Below are positions 36,430 to 49,298 of a stretch of DNA of 64,000 nt, in pieces (position 1 is the stretch's first letter; each line of letters opens with the position of its first letter). The position numbers and the translations under genes were made by a program. A model generated the notes under the pieces. The model did no database searches. It worked only from the letters and a program-made list of their open reading frames with translations, and was not told where the DNA came from. Source of the stretch: Octopus sinensis (lineage: Eukaryota); contig NC_042999.1 of assembly GCF_006345805.1 (NCBI RefSeq), positions 148,242,001 to 148,306,000 of the forward strand, written 5' to 3'.

Positions 36430-36900
36430 AATAATTGGAGGCCATTTGAACTATGCAGAATACTACGTCCAAATCGGAGGAAACAACCTGTTATCTGCGA
36501 ACAACCTGTTGCATATAATTCTTCTTCGCTTGACGTGGGAATAGATATAGTATGTAAATGATATACAGTACTTAATCTTGAGAAATTAAGATTAATGTCA
36601 TATTAACATTTAAGAAACTCTGGATATCAGTGTCATATAATTATCATTAATCGTGTTTCAGAATCTGATGCGGGTTTGGTAAGGACTTTCTTGTCACACT
36701 ATAAAACTAATGTAAAGGAAAAGAAAACAAGAACGCACACATGTAATGTGTGTGTGTGTGTGTGTGGTGTGTGTGTGTGTGTGTGTGTGTGTGAATACAC
36801 ATATACATATCTACATATTCACGCACATGCAATATGAATATGCATGCACATACATACACACATAGATACACACACATATACATTCATACATACATACATT

Positions 36901-37281
36901 CTTTTCTTTTATTCTTTTATTTGTTTCAGTCATTTGACTGTGGCCATGCTAGAGCACCGCCTTTAGTCGAACAAATTGACCCCAGGATTTATTCTTTATA
37001 AGCCTAGTACTTATTCTATCGGTCTAATTTGTTGAAACGCTAAGTTACGAGGACGTAAACACACCAACATCGGTTGTCAAGTGATGGAGGAGGGAAAACA
37101 CAGACACACACTCAGACTTATGTATATGTATATATAAATACGACGGGCTTCTTTCAGTTTCCGTCTACCAAAACCACTCACAAGGCTTTGGTCGGCCCGA
37201 GGCACTTGCCCAATGTTCCACGCAATGGGACTGAACCCGGAACCATATGGTTGGGAAGCAAGCTACTCACCACACAGCCAC
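36901..37281 (-). mobile_element. SINE family B (tRNA head, CORE-like domain, CR1-like 3' tail)
   Basis: Minus strand GTGGCTGTGTGGT...GGTTCAGTCCC...TTGGGCAAGTG...GGCGGTGCTCTAGCATGGCCACAGTCAAATGACTGAAAC. Confidence 0.85.
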
Positions 37282-37328
37282 ACATATATATATATATATA
37301 TACATATATATGTGTGTATATATATATG

Positions 37329-37407
<79 letters not shown>

Positions 37408-37479
37408 AGCAAGGAAAAATTGTAAAAAGGCAGAATGCTAAATTGAGAGAAAATTTTAATGAAAATGGGTGTATGGAAA

Positions 37480-39552
37480 AAGTTTTTGAAAAATTGATAA
37501 AATATATATATATTAATTCAAACCGGTTTTCGTCATAATGTGACTTTTCAAGAATTGTAAAGAAAAAAAATTTTTAAATGTGAGGAGGGGGAAAAAAGAA
37601 AATTAACATTGTTTTTTGCAAAGAAATAATAATAAATACATACAAAAATCAGAAAATAGGTACTCCGATACATTTTAAAGTCTTTGTGTATCTTGAGTTT
37701 AATGATTGTTCACGAAAAAATTACCTTGAAGTATTGAGATCCAATGGGAGATCCAATGGGATTAAATCCATGTGTTGTTTAATTTAATTAAGGGTGTCTC
37801 TTAAGTGGATGGCAAAACAGGGAGTAGTAGTAGTAGTCCAGTTCCTGTGTTGTGAATAAGGGGAGGCAACTCTATGGGTTTTAAGCTCTTCAATTTGTGT
37901 TTATCAATTTTTTGTAATAAACCTTAAATTATAAAATTATCATTTTAGCTTCATTTGCATTATCTTTTTTATATAATTGTTTGCTAACTTAACATTCAGA
38001 TTTTAACACTTTATTTATATTATTTTCTAATTATATAAATTTGCATAAACCAATTTATAATTACATTTCAGATTGTTATGTCATATATAATAAAAATGAT
38101 AGTAATAATAACAACAATAATAATAATGATATTTAAAGAATATAAGTTTTAGCTTGAAGTGATGACTGCATAGTATCCTTATATATTTGTGTTAGTCCAT
38201 CCATGAAGAATGAGGTAGAAAAAAGAAGTATGATCAACGAGGAGTTTGCATATTAAGATGCGTTTTGAATTTTTCAATAAAGAGATTCTCCTTGTTAATT
38301 CTCTCCTGTGTGGTGATCCCGTCTTTACATTGGTAGAAGGGGAATATGTAGAATTTGGGATTTTTGTCTTTAGCGCATGAGTCTATGTGGTCACTCAGTG
38401 GAATTTGCCGGTATTCCGGGAGATTTATTTGTTTTTTATGCACCGCTACTCGTTTACGTAACGGGAGGCTCGTTTGTCCAACATAATTATGTTGGCAACC
38501 AGCGCATGTGAGAACGTAGATAAGGATCTCGGAGGAACAGGAGAAGTTAGTCTTGATTTTAAACTTCGTTCCTTGTTTGAAGATAAATTCAGAGCCTTCA
38601 AGTAGGAAGGGGCAGGTGCCACAGTTTGGGCGTGCACATTTTTTAACTGCTGGGGGTGGATGTGGTGTGTGAAGTTTGGCATTTGTCAAGAGTTTTTTTA
38701 AAGATTTGTGTTGCCTTTTACATTTGAGGATTTTGTGTGTGTTTATAATGTTTTTCATTTTTGGGTCTGTTGACAGTAGACTGAGGTTTTGTATGAGTGT
38801 GGTGCATGCTTCGATATTTTTGGGGTTGTGGGTGGAAATGTATGGAAGTATTTTGAGGTTGTGTGTGGTGTTAGGTTGGGTGGTTTTCAGTGTAATGTTG
38901 TCTAGTTCTTTGGCGCGTTTTATTCCATACTCTATAAGGGTGGAGGGATATTGGCGTTGTAATAGTGTTTTTTTGAGGTCTTGAAGGCGTATTTCTCGTG
39001 TTTTGGGATCCGAGACAATGGTGCATACCCTTTTGGCTAAGTTGAAAGGGATATTTGTCTTGGTGTGTTTTGGGTGGCATGAACTAAAGAGGAGGTATTG
39101 TTGTGAGTCTGTAGGTTTGTGGTAGATGTCTGTTATGATTTGGTTCTTAGGTGTTTTTATAATTAGGAGATCAAGGAAAGGGAGATGATGTTTGTTTAAT
39201 TCCATAGTGAATTGGATGTTGGGATGTATGTTGTTCAGTATGGTTTTAAATTCCAGAAGTTTTTCATAAGGTTCTTTCCATATGATGAAACAATCATCCA
39301 AATACCTTTTCCAGTTTTCCATTAGGTAGGTGTGGAAAACATGTCCAAATTTCTGGCGTGGTATCTCATAGAGTGATAGTTCGAAGAAACCCATTATGAG
39401 GTTCGCAAGGACTGGTGCCGCCTTGGTACCCATCGCAATACCACATTTTTGACGGTAGTGTGTGTTGTCGAAGAAGAAATAATTGTTTGTCAGAATGAAC
39501 TTGAGTGATTCCGTAATAAAAGTCTTGTGAAAAGTAGGTGGAAAAATTGTTG
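37480..39552 (-). mobile_element. 5'-truncated Penelope-like element (RT C-half plus GIY-YIG)
   Basis: ORF 38234-39433: GIAMGTKAAP, WKRYLDDCF, FLDLLI, YHKPTD, CARPNCGTC, IYVLTCAGCQHNYVGQT; hammerhead-like motif at the 3' end. Confidence 0.93.
37515..37556 (-). ncRNA. Minimal type-I hammerhead with U3-A8 core
   Basis: AATTC-TTGAAAA-GTC(ACATTAT)GAC-GAAA-A-CCGG-T-TT-GAATT; 10-bp palindrome AAACCGGTTT. Confidence 0.55.
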
Positions 39553-40305
39553 CCTAACCGCCTTAAGACTAGTGTTAAATTCGGTGGAGGAAGTGTCATG
39601 GTTTGAGGAATGATATCTGGAGATGGTATGGGCCCTTTGGTGCGATTACATGGAAAGTTAAATGCAGGAGTTTATAAGCAACTTGTAAAAGATCATGTCT
39701 TGCCTGTGCTGAGAAATTCAACTAAGCGACCACCCATATTCATGCAGGACAATGCCCCATGTCACAAGGCTAAGGTGGTCATGAACTTCCTCAAGGTTGA
39801 AAAGGTTTTGTTATAGATTGGCCAGCTCAAAGCCCAGATCTCAATCCTATTGAAAATGCGTGGAATATTCTAGAGAACGTTCGAAAGCCAGAAATCCTAA
39901 AACAACTGAGCAATTATGGAATGCCCTTAAGGAAGAATGGAATAAGATCACCCAGCAAGAAATTGAAAATTTAATTTCCTCATGCAGTCGAAGATGTCAG
40001 AGTGTGATTGAAGCTAAAGGGCTTCACACTAAATATTAAATAATTCCAGTATTCTCTGTAATTTTTGATTATTTTGTTATTTTTTCAACCGTTCTGATCA
40101 TTTTGGCCGCCATGGGTTTCGCAGTAAATCACTAAATCATCCATAACTTTTGTATTATCCTCTCAAATTACACTAAAATCTCAGACAATAGCAATTAATA
40201 TTGTATTTATTGTCTGTGAAAATTATAGAATATAAAACAACTTTGAAAAAAAATTATATCTACTTTTCTGACGAAAACAATGCCGTTCTGATCATTTTGG
40301 TCGCA

Positions 40306-40309
<4 letters not shown>
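39553..40309 (+). mobile_element. 3' half of a Tc1 (DD34E) transposon with IR/DR-type end
   Basis: KFGGGSVMV, FMQDNAPCH, WPAQSPDLNPIEN; direct repeats CCGTTCTGATCATTTTGG at ~40089 and ~40283; end CTG|TA. Confidence 0.9.
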
Positions 40310-40342
<33 letters not shown>

Positions 40343-40346
<4 letters not shown>

Positions 40347-43300
40347 ACAAACCATCAACACAAAGAAAAGGGATGGACCACGCACCACCTGCCCCAAAGC
40401 GGAGGTACGCAGATGTTGTGCGCGCCACAAACCGCCAACATGATGTTGTCGAAAGAGCAGCTGCTGAGCAACAATCTTTTTTGTGCATGGCACAAAAGAT
40501 TGTACAGCAGCTGACCTGGCTTCATCAAACCCAAACCCGCAGGTGGGACTACCCACTATATACCAGACCACCACAGCAAAGACACAGGATGGACACCGCC
40601 GGCAACAACGTACACCTCACCTCGATGCTCCTACTGAACATCAGAGGACTGCAAACACTCAGTAACAGGACAAAGATCCCGTTCCTGAGAGACTTTGTTG
40701 CATGCAATCAAGCCTTATGCATAGCACTTACAGAAACGCACCTGAAACCGGACATAGCAGATGCGGAGTTACACATACCACAGTATGCTGTACTACGGAC
40801 CGACAGGAAAGAAAGGAGTCATGGAGGTGTTGCTATGTACATCCGTGAGGACCTCACACCCCAGGTCCTCTTGTCATACTCAAACTCGGTGTGTGACACA
40901 CTAATTGTACATATTAGGCAACTTGATGTAGTTGTGTGTGCTACATATCGCCCTCCAGATGCCCCAAGCCATGTGGGCAAGTTTGAAGACTGCCTTATAA
41001 AAATAGAAGAAATTCTAACCACATTAGAACAACACATAGGTGTGCTTCTTATGGGAGACTTCAATCTGCCCAATGTCAGATGGCCCGAGGGCCTTTCTCT
41101 CCCAGGAATGACAAGATGTGAACGAGGACAGGCGAGGTCCCTCCTGAACCTCATCAACACCCTGTACATGGAGCAGGTAATACTCCAACCAACCAGGGCA
41201 GGTAAAACACTGGATCTCTGCTTCACAAATGACATGGATCTCATCCATAATGTGAAAGTGACACTGACACTACTCTCGGATCACAACATGATAGAGCTGA
41301 CCATGTACGGGCCAAAAGAGAGCACGGACATGCAGCCTACAAGAAACCCTCAAAATCTTTCCAGCTTGAACTACCATAAGGCAAACTGGAAACAAATTGA
41401 GAAAGAGATCCTCAAACAAAACTGGCCTAAATGTCTCTCCTCGCCTGACATCGACGTGAAACTTCAACAATTCATGTCTGTAATGCAAGCCATATGCTAC
41501 AAATGTGTCCCAGAGAGAAAGGCCACTGTACACAAGAACAAAATCCCCAGAGAGAGGAAAATTTTAATGAGACGGCGTACGAAATTTTCAAATCGCCTAA
41601 ACAAACAGATTGAAAGCAGTGAAAAGTCCCGCCTAAAAATAAAACTGTTGGAAATCGAAAAATGTCTGCAACTCTCCCATGAAAAAGAAAGAGCAGACAA
41701 AGAAGCCTGGGCTATAGAAAACATAAAATCTAACCGCAGAGCTTTCTACAGGTATGCCAAAGAAACAGCTACAGTGCACTGTAGAATAGGGCCACTCCTC
41801 GAAAAGGATGGCACACTTACAGGAAAACCAATGAGGGTAAGTGAAATACTGAATGAGCAATTCAAGAGTGTTTTCACTCCACCCCTTGGGCATCTCCAAA
41901 TCACCAATCCAACTGACTTTTTTACCACTGCAGATATAAAATCAGAGGCGGCGACGATAGATAATCGATATAAAGGAAGACGATGTAACCAAGGCTATAG
42001 ATGAAATGAAAACAGACTCAGCTACTGGCCCTGATGGATTCCCGGCAATCCTCCTAAAAGCATGTAAGAGAGTCCTAGCAAGACCACTGCAGTTCCTCTT
42101 TCAGAGCTTCCTTGCAGCTGGCAAACTTCCAGGAAAACTGAAGGAAGGTAAAATATGCCCCATTCATAAAGGAGGTAGCAGAGCGGAAGCCAAGAACTAT
42201 AGACCTATCTCTCTGACCTCACACATCAGCAAGGTCATGGAACGAATAGTCAGAAGAAGCTGATCACCTTCCTTGAAGAGAATGACTTGCTGCCCGACAC
42301 CCAACATGGTTTCCGACCAGGGAGAAGCTGTTTAACTCAGCTCCTACAACACTATGACTGGGTGCTGAAACGGCTGCTCAACCACTCAAATGTGGAAGTG
42401 ATATATCTCGACTTTGCAAAGGCCTTTGATAAAGTCGATCATGGAATGATATGTCACAAACTGCGTGATCTCAACATAGTTGGAAAACTGGGAGAATGGC
42501 TTCATGACTTTCTGAAGGATAGAAGTCAGGTAGTAGTAGCCAATGGGGCCACCTCCATTAACACACAAATAGTGAGCGGTGTTCCGCAGGGCACTGTTCT
42601 GGGACCACTACTGTTCATAATGGCCCTCTCAGACATGCCCTCAGCCACGCAGAGAGCCACGATCACAAGTTATGCAGATGATACAAAAGTTTCACAGGCA
42701 ATACAGAACCCTGAGGACACTAAACACCTGCAATGTGAGCTGGACAAAATATACAAGTGGGCTGAAAAGAATAGCATGCAGTTCAATGCTGGAAAGTTTC
42801 AAGCTTTATACTATCAGCATGCAAAACTGAATGCAATACCCAATGAATACACTGGACCCGGAGGAATTGCAATCCCAGAGGCACAATCAGTGCGTGACCT
42901 GGGTATTCACATGAGTGATGACGCGACCTTTCATGTACATGTTGCTAAACTGACAATGAAATGTAGACGGCTGGATGGATGGATTCTTAGAAGACCTTTA
43001 GAACAAGAGAACAAGAAACCATGATGGTCCTCTGGAAGACACTTGTCCTAAGCCACTTTGACTATTGCTCTCAGCTATGGTCACCATCCAGTGTCAAGTT
43101 GATCACAGAACTTGAGGCGATCCAACGAAGCTACACGAAGAAGATAGCCTCTATGCAGAATGTAAGCTACTGGAAAGACTCAAGAGATTAAAATTATATT
43201 CCCTGGAGCGTAGGCGGGAAAGATATGCCATAATATACATCTGGAAGATCCTGGAGGGAAGTGTCCTGAACTTTGGCATCGAGAGTTACGCAAATGCCAG

Positions 43301-43670
43301 AACTGGGCGCCACTGCGTGGTGCCTAGGACTCCAAACCTGCCATCAAGATGTAGGACAAGATTCTGTGATAGCCTGGGCTTCCGAGGCCCACAGCTCTTC
43401 AATCCTCCCGAAGAACCTGAGAGACCTGCATGGGGTGGATACAGATGTCTTTAAAATGAAGCTGGATCTCTTCCTGTCAGGTGTCCCAAATGAACCAACT
43501 TCACGGCAGGAGGGGCAGATGAGGGCAGCTGCATCGAACTCTCTCATGCACCAAATAGCAGTTGCTAGAAAGCCCCCATGAAGTGAAACCAAGTAGCAAC
43601 ACCAAATGGCGGTGCCCCAGGATGGCCACAGCTCATAAGCTGAAACTAGAATCAATCAATCAATCAATCA
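40343..43670 (+). mobile_element. CR1-clade LINE (APE and RT), frameshifted, (AATC)n tail
   Basis: ORF 40343-42004 LLNIRGL, TETHL, GGVA, YRPP, GDFN, LDL, SDH; ORFs 42006-42263 and 42287-43024 NYRPISL, QHGFRPGRSC, YLDFAKAFD, GVPQGTVLGP, YADDTK. Confidence 0.93.
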
Positions 43671-43675
43671 TATAC

Positions 43676-43713
<38 letters not shown>

Positions 43714-44139
43714 CATATATATATATATATATACATATATATATAAATATTATACATAAAAATATTACATATATATACTATAATATATATACATATATAT
43801 ATATACATATATATATATATTATATATATATATACATATAAATATATACATATATATACATATATATATATACATATATATATATACATATATATATATA
43901 TACATATAATATATTATATATACATATATATATATATAAATATATATACATATATATATATACATATATACATAATAATATACATTATAATATATCATAT
44001 ATATAATATATATACATATATATATATATACATATATATATAACATATATATATATATACATATATATATATACATATATATATATACATATATATATAT
44101 AACTATATATATATACATATATATATATCATATATATAC

Positions 44140-44170
<31 letters not shown>

Positions 44171-44201
44171 ATACATATATATATATACATATATAATATA
44201 C

Positions 44202-44250
<49 letters not shown>

Positions 44251-44283
44251 CATATATATTATCATATAATATATATATACATA

Positions 44284-44328
<45 letters not shown>

Positions 44329-44329
44329 C

Positions 44330-44362
<33 letters not shown>

Positions 44363-44566
44363 CAATATATATATACATATATATATATACATATATATAT
44401 ATACATATAATATTATACATATATATATATTATATATATATATATACATATATATATATACATATATATATATATACATATATATATATACATATATATA
44501 TATATACATATATATATATCTACTATATATATACATATATATATACATATATATATATACATATGT

Positions 44567-44608
<42 letters not shown>

Positions 44609-44671
44609 ATACATATATATATATATACATATATATATACATATATATATATATACATATATAATATATAC

Positions 44672-44702
<31 letters not shown>

Positions 44703-45274
44703 CACATATATATATATATACACATATAATATACACATATATATATATACAATATATATATATATACACTATATATATATATACACACATATATATATAT
44801 ATACACACATATATATATATACAAACACATATATATATATATACACATATATATATATACACATATATATATATATATACACACATATATATATATACAC
44901 ATATATATTATATATACACATATATATATACACATATATATATATATACACACACATATATATATATACACATATATAATATACATATATATAATATATA
45001 TACATATATATATAATACATACTATATATATACATATATATATTATATACATATATTATATATATATACATATATATATATATACACACATATATAATAT
45101 ACATACATATATATATATACATACATATATATTATATATACTACATATATATATATATACATATACATTATATATAACATATATTATATATTATACATAT
45201 ACATATATATACATATATATATATATATACATATACATACATATATATATATATACATATACATATATATATAC

Positions 45275-45309
<35 letters not shown>

Positions 45310-45324
45310 ACATATATATTATAC

Positions 45325-45361
<37 letters not shown>

Positions 45362-45438
45362 CATATATATACATATATATATATATACATATATATATCA
45401 TATATATATATATACATATATATATACAATATATATAC

Positions 45439-45485
<47 letters not shown>

Positions 45486-45598
45486 CTATATATATATATA
45501 TATATATATAAATAATATATATATACTATATATATATATATATACATTATATATATATATTATATACATATATATATATATACATATAATATATATAC

Positions 45599-45629
<31 letters not shown>

Positions 45630-45631
45630 AC

Positions 45632-45666
<35 letters not shown>

Positions 45667-45728
45667 CATAATATATATACATATATATATATATACATAT
45701 AATATATATATACATATATATATATAAC

Positions 45729-45759
<31 letters not shown>

Positions 45760-46412
45760 CATATAATATATACATATATATATATATACATATATATATA
45801 TACATATATATATATACATATATATATACATTATATATATATACATATATATATATACATATATATATACATATATATATATACATATATATATATAACA
45901 TATATAATATATACATATATATATATATATAATATATTATATATACTAATATATAATCATACATATATATATACATATATATATATATACATATATATAT
46001 ATACATATATATACATACATATATATATACATATATTATATATACATATATATATATATATACATATATAATATATATAATATATATATACATATTATAT
46101 ACATATATATATATATATATATAACATATACATATATATATTATATATACATATATATATATATATATATACATATTATATATACATATACATATATATA
46201 TATACATATACATATATACATATACATATATTATATACATATAATATATATACAGATATATACATATATATATATATATATACAATACATAATATATATA
46301 TACATATATATATATAATACACATATATATATATATATATATACATACATATATATATATACATACATATATATATATATACACATATATATATAATATA
46401 TACATATATATA

Positions 46413-46571
46413 GGAGGCGCAATGGCCTAGTGGTTAGGCAGCGGACTTGCGGTCGGAGGATCGCGGTTTCGATTCCCAGACCCGGCGTTGTGTGTGTTTT
46501 TTGAGCGAAAACACCTAAACTCCACGAGGCTCCGGCAGGAGGGGTGATCCCTGCTGTACTCAAAAAAAAAA
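46413..46571 (+). mobile_element. Short tRNA-derived element with A-tail, copy 1
   Basis: A-box TGGCCTAGTGG, B-box GGTTTCGATTCCC, non-tRNA 3' part, A-run. Confidence 0.8.
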
Positions 46572-46688
46572 TATATATTATATATACATATATATACATA
46601 TATACACATATATATTATACATATATAATATATATATATTATATAATATATATATATACATATATATAATATATAATATATATATTAC

Positions 46689-46719
<31 letters not shown>

Positions 46720-46735
46720 CATATTATATATTACA

Positions 46736-46789
<54 letters not shown>

Positions 46790-46839
46790 CACATATATAT
46801 ATATATACATACATATATATATACATATTATATATATAC

Positions 46840-46870
<31 letters not shown>

Positions 46871-46912
46871 ATACATATATATATATATATATACATATAT
46901 ATATACATATAC

Positions 46913-46944
<32 letters not shown>

Positions 46945-47045
46945 ATATATATATACATATCTATATATATATATATACATATATATATACATATACATAT
47001 ATATATATACTATACATATATACATATACATATATATATATTACA

Positions 47046-47079
<34 letters not shown>

Positions 47080-47256
47080 CATATATATATATACAGATAT
47101 ATATACATATATATATATATACATACATATATATATACATATATATATATATATACACATAATATATATATATATATATATACATACATATATATATACA
47201 CATATATATATATAATATATATACACATATATATATATATACATACATATATATAT

Positions 47257-47421
47257 GGAGGCGCAATGGCCTAGTGGTTAGGGCAGCGGACTTGCGGTCG
47301 GAGGATCGCGGTTTCGATTCCCAGACCGGGCGTTGTGTGTGTTTATTGAGCGAAAACACCTAAAAGCTCCACGAGGCTCCGGCAGGAGGTGGTGATCCCT
47401 GCTGTACTCAAAAAAAAAAAA
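47257..47421 (+). mobile_element. Short tRNA-derived element with A-tail, copy 2
   Basis: Near-identical to 46413-46571, differing mostly by short indels. Confidence 0.8.
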
Positions 47422-47454
47422 TATATATATATATACATATATACATATATACAC

Positions 47455-47485
<31 letters not shown>

Positions 47486-47596
47486 CATATATATATACAT
47501 AATATATCATATATATATACATATATATATACATATATATAACATATATACATATATATATATACATAATACATATATATACATATATACATATAT

Positions 47597-47640
<44 letters not shown>

Positions 47641-47746
47641 TATATATATATATACATATATATACATATATATATATATACATATATATACATATATATT
47701 ATATACATATATATATATATATACATATATATACATATATATATAC

Positions 47747-47794
<48 letters not shown>

Positions 47795-47796
<2 letters not shown>

Positions 47797-48132
47797 TGTG
47801 ACCCCCTTCCGTCATGACTGACCATGGGATTGCACCTAGAAAGTTACCCTCCCAGGCACAAGTCCGGGTAAAGTTGTTTATGGAAGACCAGAAGTCGCCT
47901 ATGCATACCGGCCTCCCCCTCTCCATGCCACCAGTGTTATCCAAGGGAAAGGCAAAGGCCAACACAGCTTGACACCAGTGACGTCGCAACTCATTTCTAA
48001 AGCTGAGTGAACTGGAGCAACTCGAATTAAAGTGTCTTGCTCAAGAACACAACACGCAGCCCGGTCCGGGATTCGAACTCACAACCTCACGATCGTAAGC
48101 CCGACGCTCTAACCACTGAGCCATGCGCCTTC
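47795..48132 (-). mobile_element. CORE-type SINE family C
   Basis: tRNA head GGCGCATGGCTCAGTGGTTAGAGCG...GAGTTCGAATCCC followed by TGTTCTTGAGCAAGACACTT...CTCCAGTTCACTCAGCT; a degenerate relative lies at ~63580-63775. Confidence 0.8.
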
Positions 48133-48142
48133 AATATATATA

Positions 48143-48672
48143 TTGGGTCATCCCATAAATAATGCAGTTTTTTCAATTGCATGAACTAAAAGTCGGGGGG
48201 TCGGGGTAAACTACCTGCATCAACTTGCTAAATTTCACCTTGTACTTATTCTTAGTGCAAGTTTTGAAGAGTGCAGTTCGATTTTAGCAGTTACTTTTCC
48301 AAAGCTATAATCTAAGTGACAAAGGAGCATAATCGCCATATTTTGCTTTATGAGTTCAGTAAAGGCAACAACTCAACAGAAAGTACGAGGAATATTAATG
48401 CAGTATATGGAGATCGGACGATAAGCGGAAGCCAGTATCAACGGAGGTTCCAGAAATTCCAAGCCGGAAACTACAGCCTTGAAGACGAGCCTCGTCCTGG
48501 AATATCTGTAGAGCTCGACGAGGACATCCTACAAATCCTGGTGGAACAAAATTCCATCGTAACTATTAAGGAACTAGCAGAGAAGCTTGAATTTTGGTCA
48601 TTCAACCTTTGTTCATCTTAATTTTGAAAATAAAAGAAGTATAAAAACCGCATTCTTTATGAGATGACCTAA
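48143..48672 (+). mobile_element. Internally deleted mariner with both TIRs and TA TSD
   Basis: TA|TTGGGTCATCCCATAAA ... TTTATGAGATGACCTAA|TA; ORF 48316-48621 encodes the HTH region only. Confidence 0.9.
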
Positions 48673-48679
48673 TATATGT

Positions 48680-48712
<33 letters not shown>

Positions 48713-48762
48713 CATATATATATGTGTGTGTGTGTGTGTGTGTATGTATATATATATGTACG

Positions 48763-48810
<48 letters not shown>

Positions 48811-48974
48811 GTATATATATGTGTGCATATATATATACATACACACACACACTGATGTATGTATACCTACATATGTGTGTATGTGTAAATATATACATAT
48901 AAAAATGTGCGTGTAGTGGATTGTTGGCGATTTTTTTCCTCCATCTTCTTTTCTTTTGGACTTTCCTCTGTGTC

Positions 48975-49013
48975 CTGTTTCTGAAGAATGGCTTTGCCCG
49001 AAACGTAAAACAC
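48975..49013 (+). ncRNA. Dimer-type minimal hammerhead motif
   Basis: TGTTT-CTGAAGA-ATGGCTTTGCCC-GAAA-CG-TA-AAACA; stem I 5 bp, loopless ACGT stem III. Confidence 0.5.
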
Positions 49014-49202
49014 CCTTTTGTTTCCTTCCCTGAGCGTCTTATTTTTACTTTGCATGTACCACGTCCTCGCGTTGTTTTTTGTTTTTGTTTTTTCTTATGC
49101 TCTTTTCTCCGTTTTTGCGGGGATTAATTATATTGAGCATGCTTCGGCAAGCTTGCGGCTTGGAAACTTAGGTAAATAAATTATTTTCTATAAACTAAAC
49201 TA

Positions 49203-49280
49203 ATCCGGGAACCTTTTGATACTACCTCGTATATACACAGACACACCCATATTCGAGGTAGTATCAAAAGGTTCCCGGAT
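49203..49280. repeat. Two perfect 27-bp mariner-type TIRs facing outward
   Basis: ATCCGGGAACCTTTTGATACTACCTCG, 24-nt spacer, CGAGGTAGTATCAAAAGGTTCCCGGAT. Confidence 0.9.
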
Positions 49281-49298
49281 CACATGCCCCCCACCTTT

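Larger units (their letters stand above)
43671..47794. repeat. ~4.1-kb degenerate (TA)n/(TATATAC) satellite block
   Basis: Directly visible; all poly-IY ORFs here are artefacts. Confidence 0.97.

Noticed and set aside
36662-36678. 17-nt microexon (TTTCAG|...|GTAAGG) for the candidate plus-strand gene
   Set aside because: Splice-like motifs only; the peptide is uninformative and such sites are common by chance.
46413-46500. Intact tRNA gene
   Set aside because: A and B boxes are present but no acceptor-stem closure; it continues into non-tRNA sequence and an A-tail.
43765-47825. Long ORFs up to 355 aa of poly-I/Y/C/V
   Set aside because: Translations of (TA)n/(TATAC) satellite; no coding signal.
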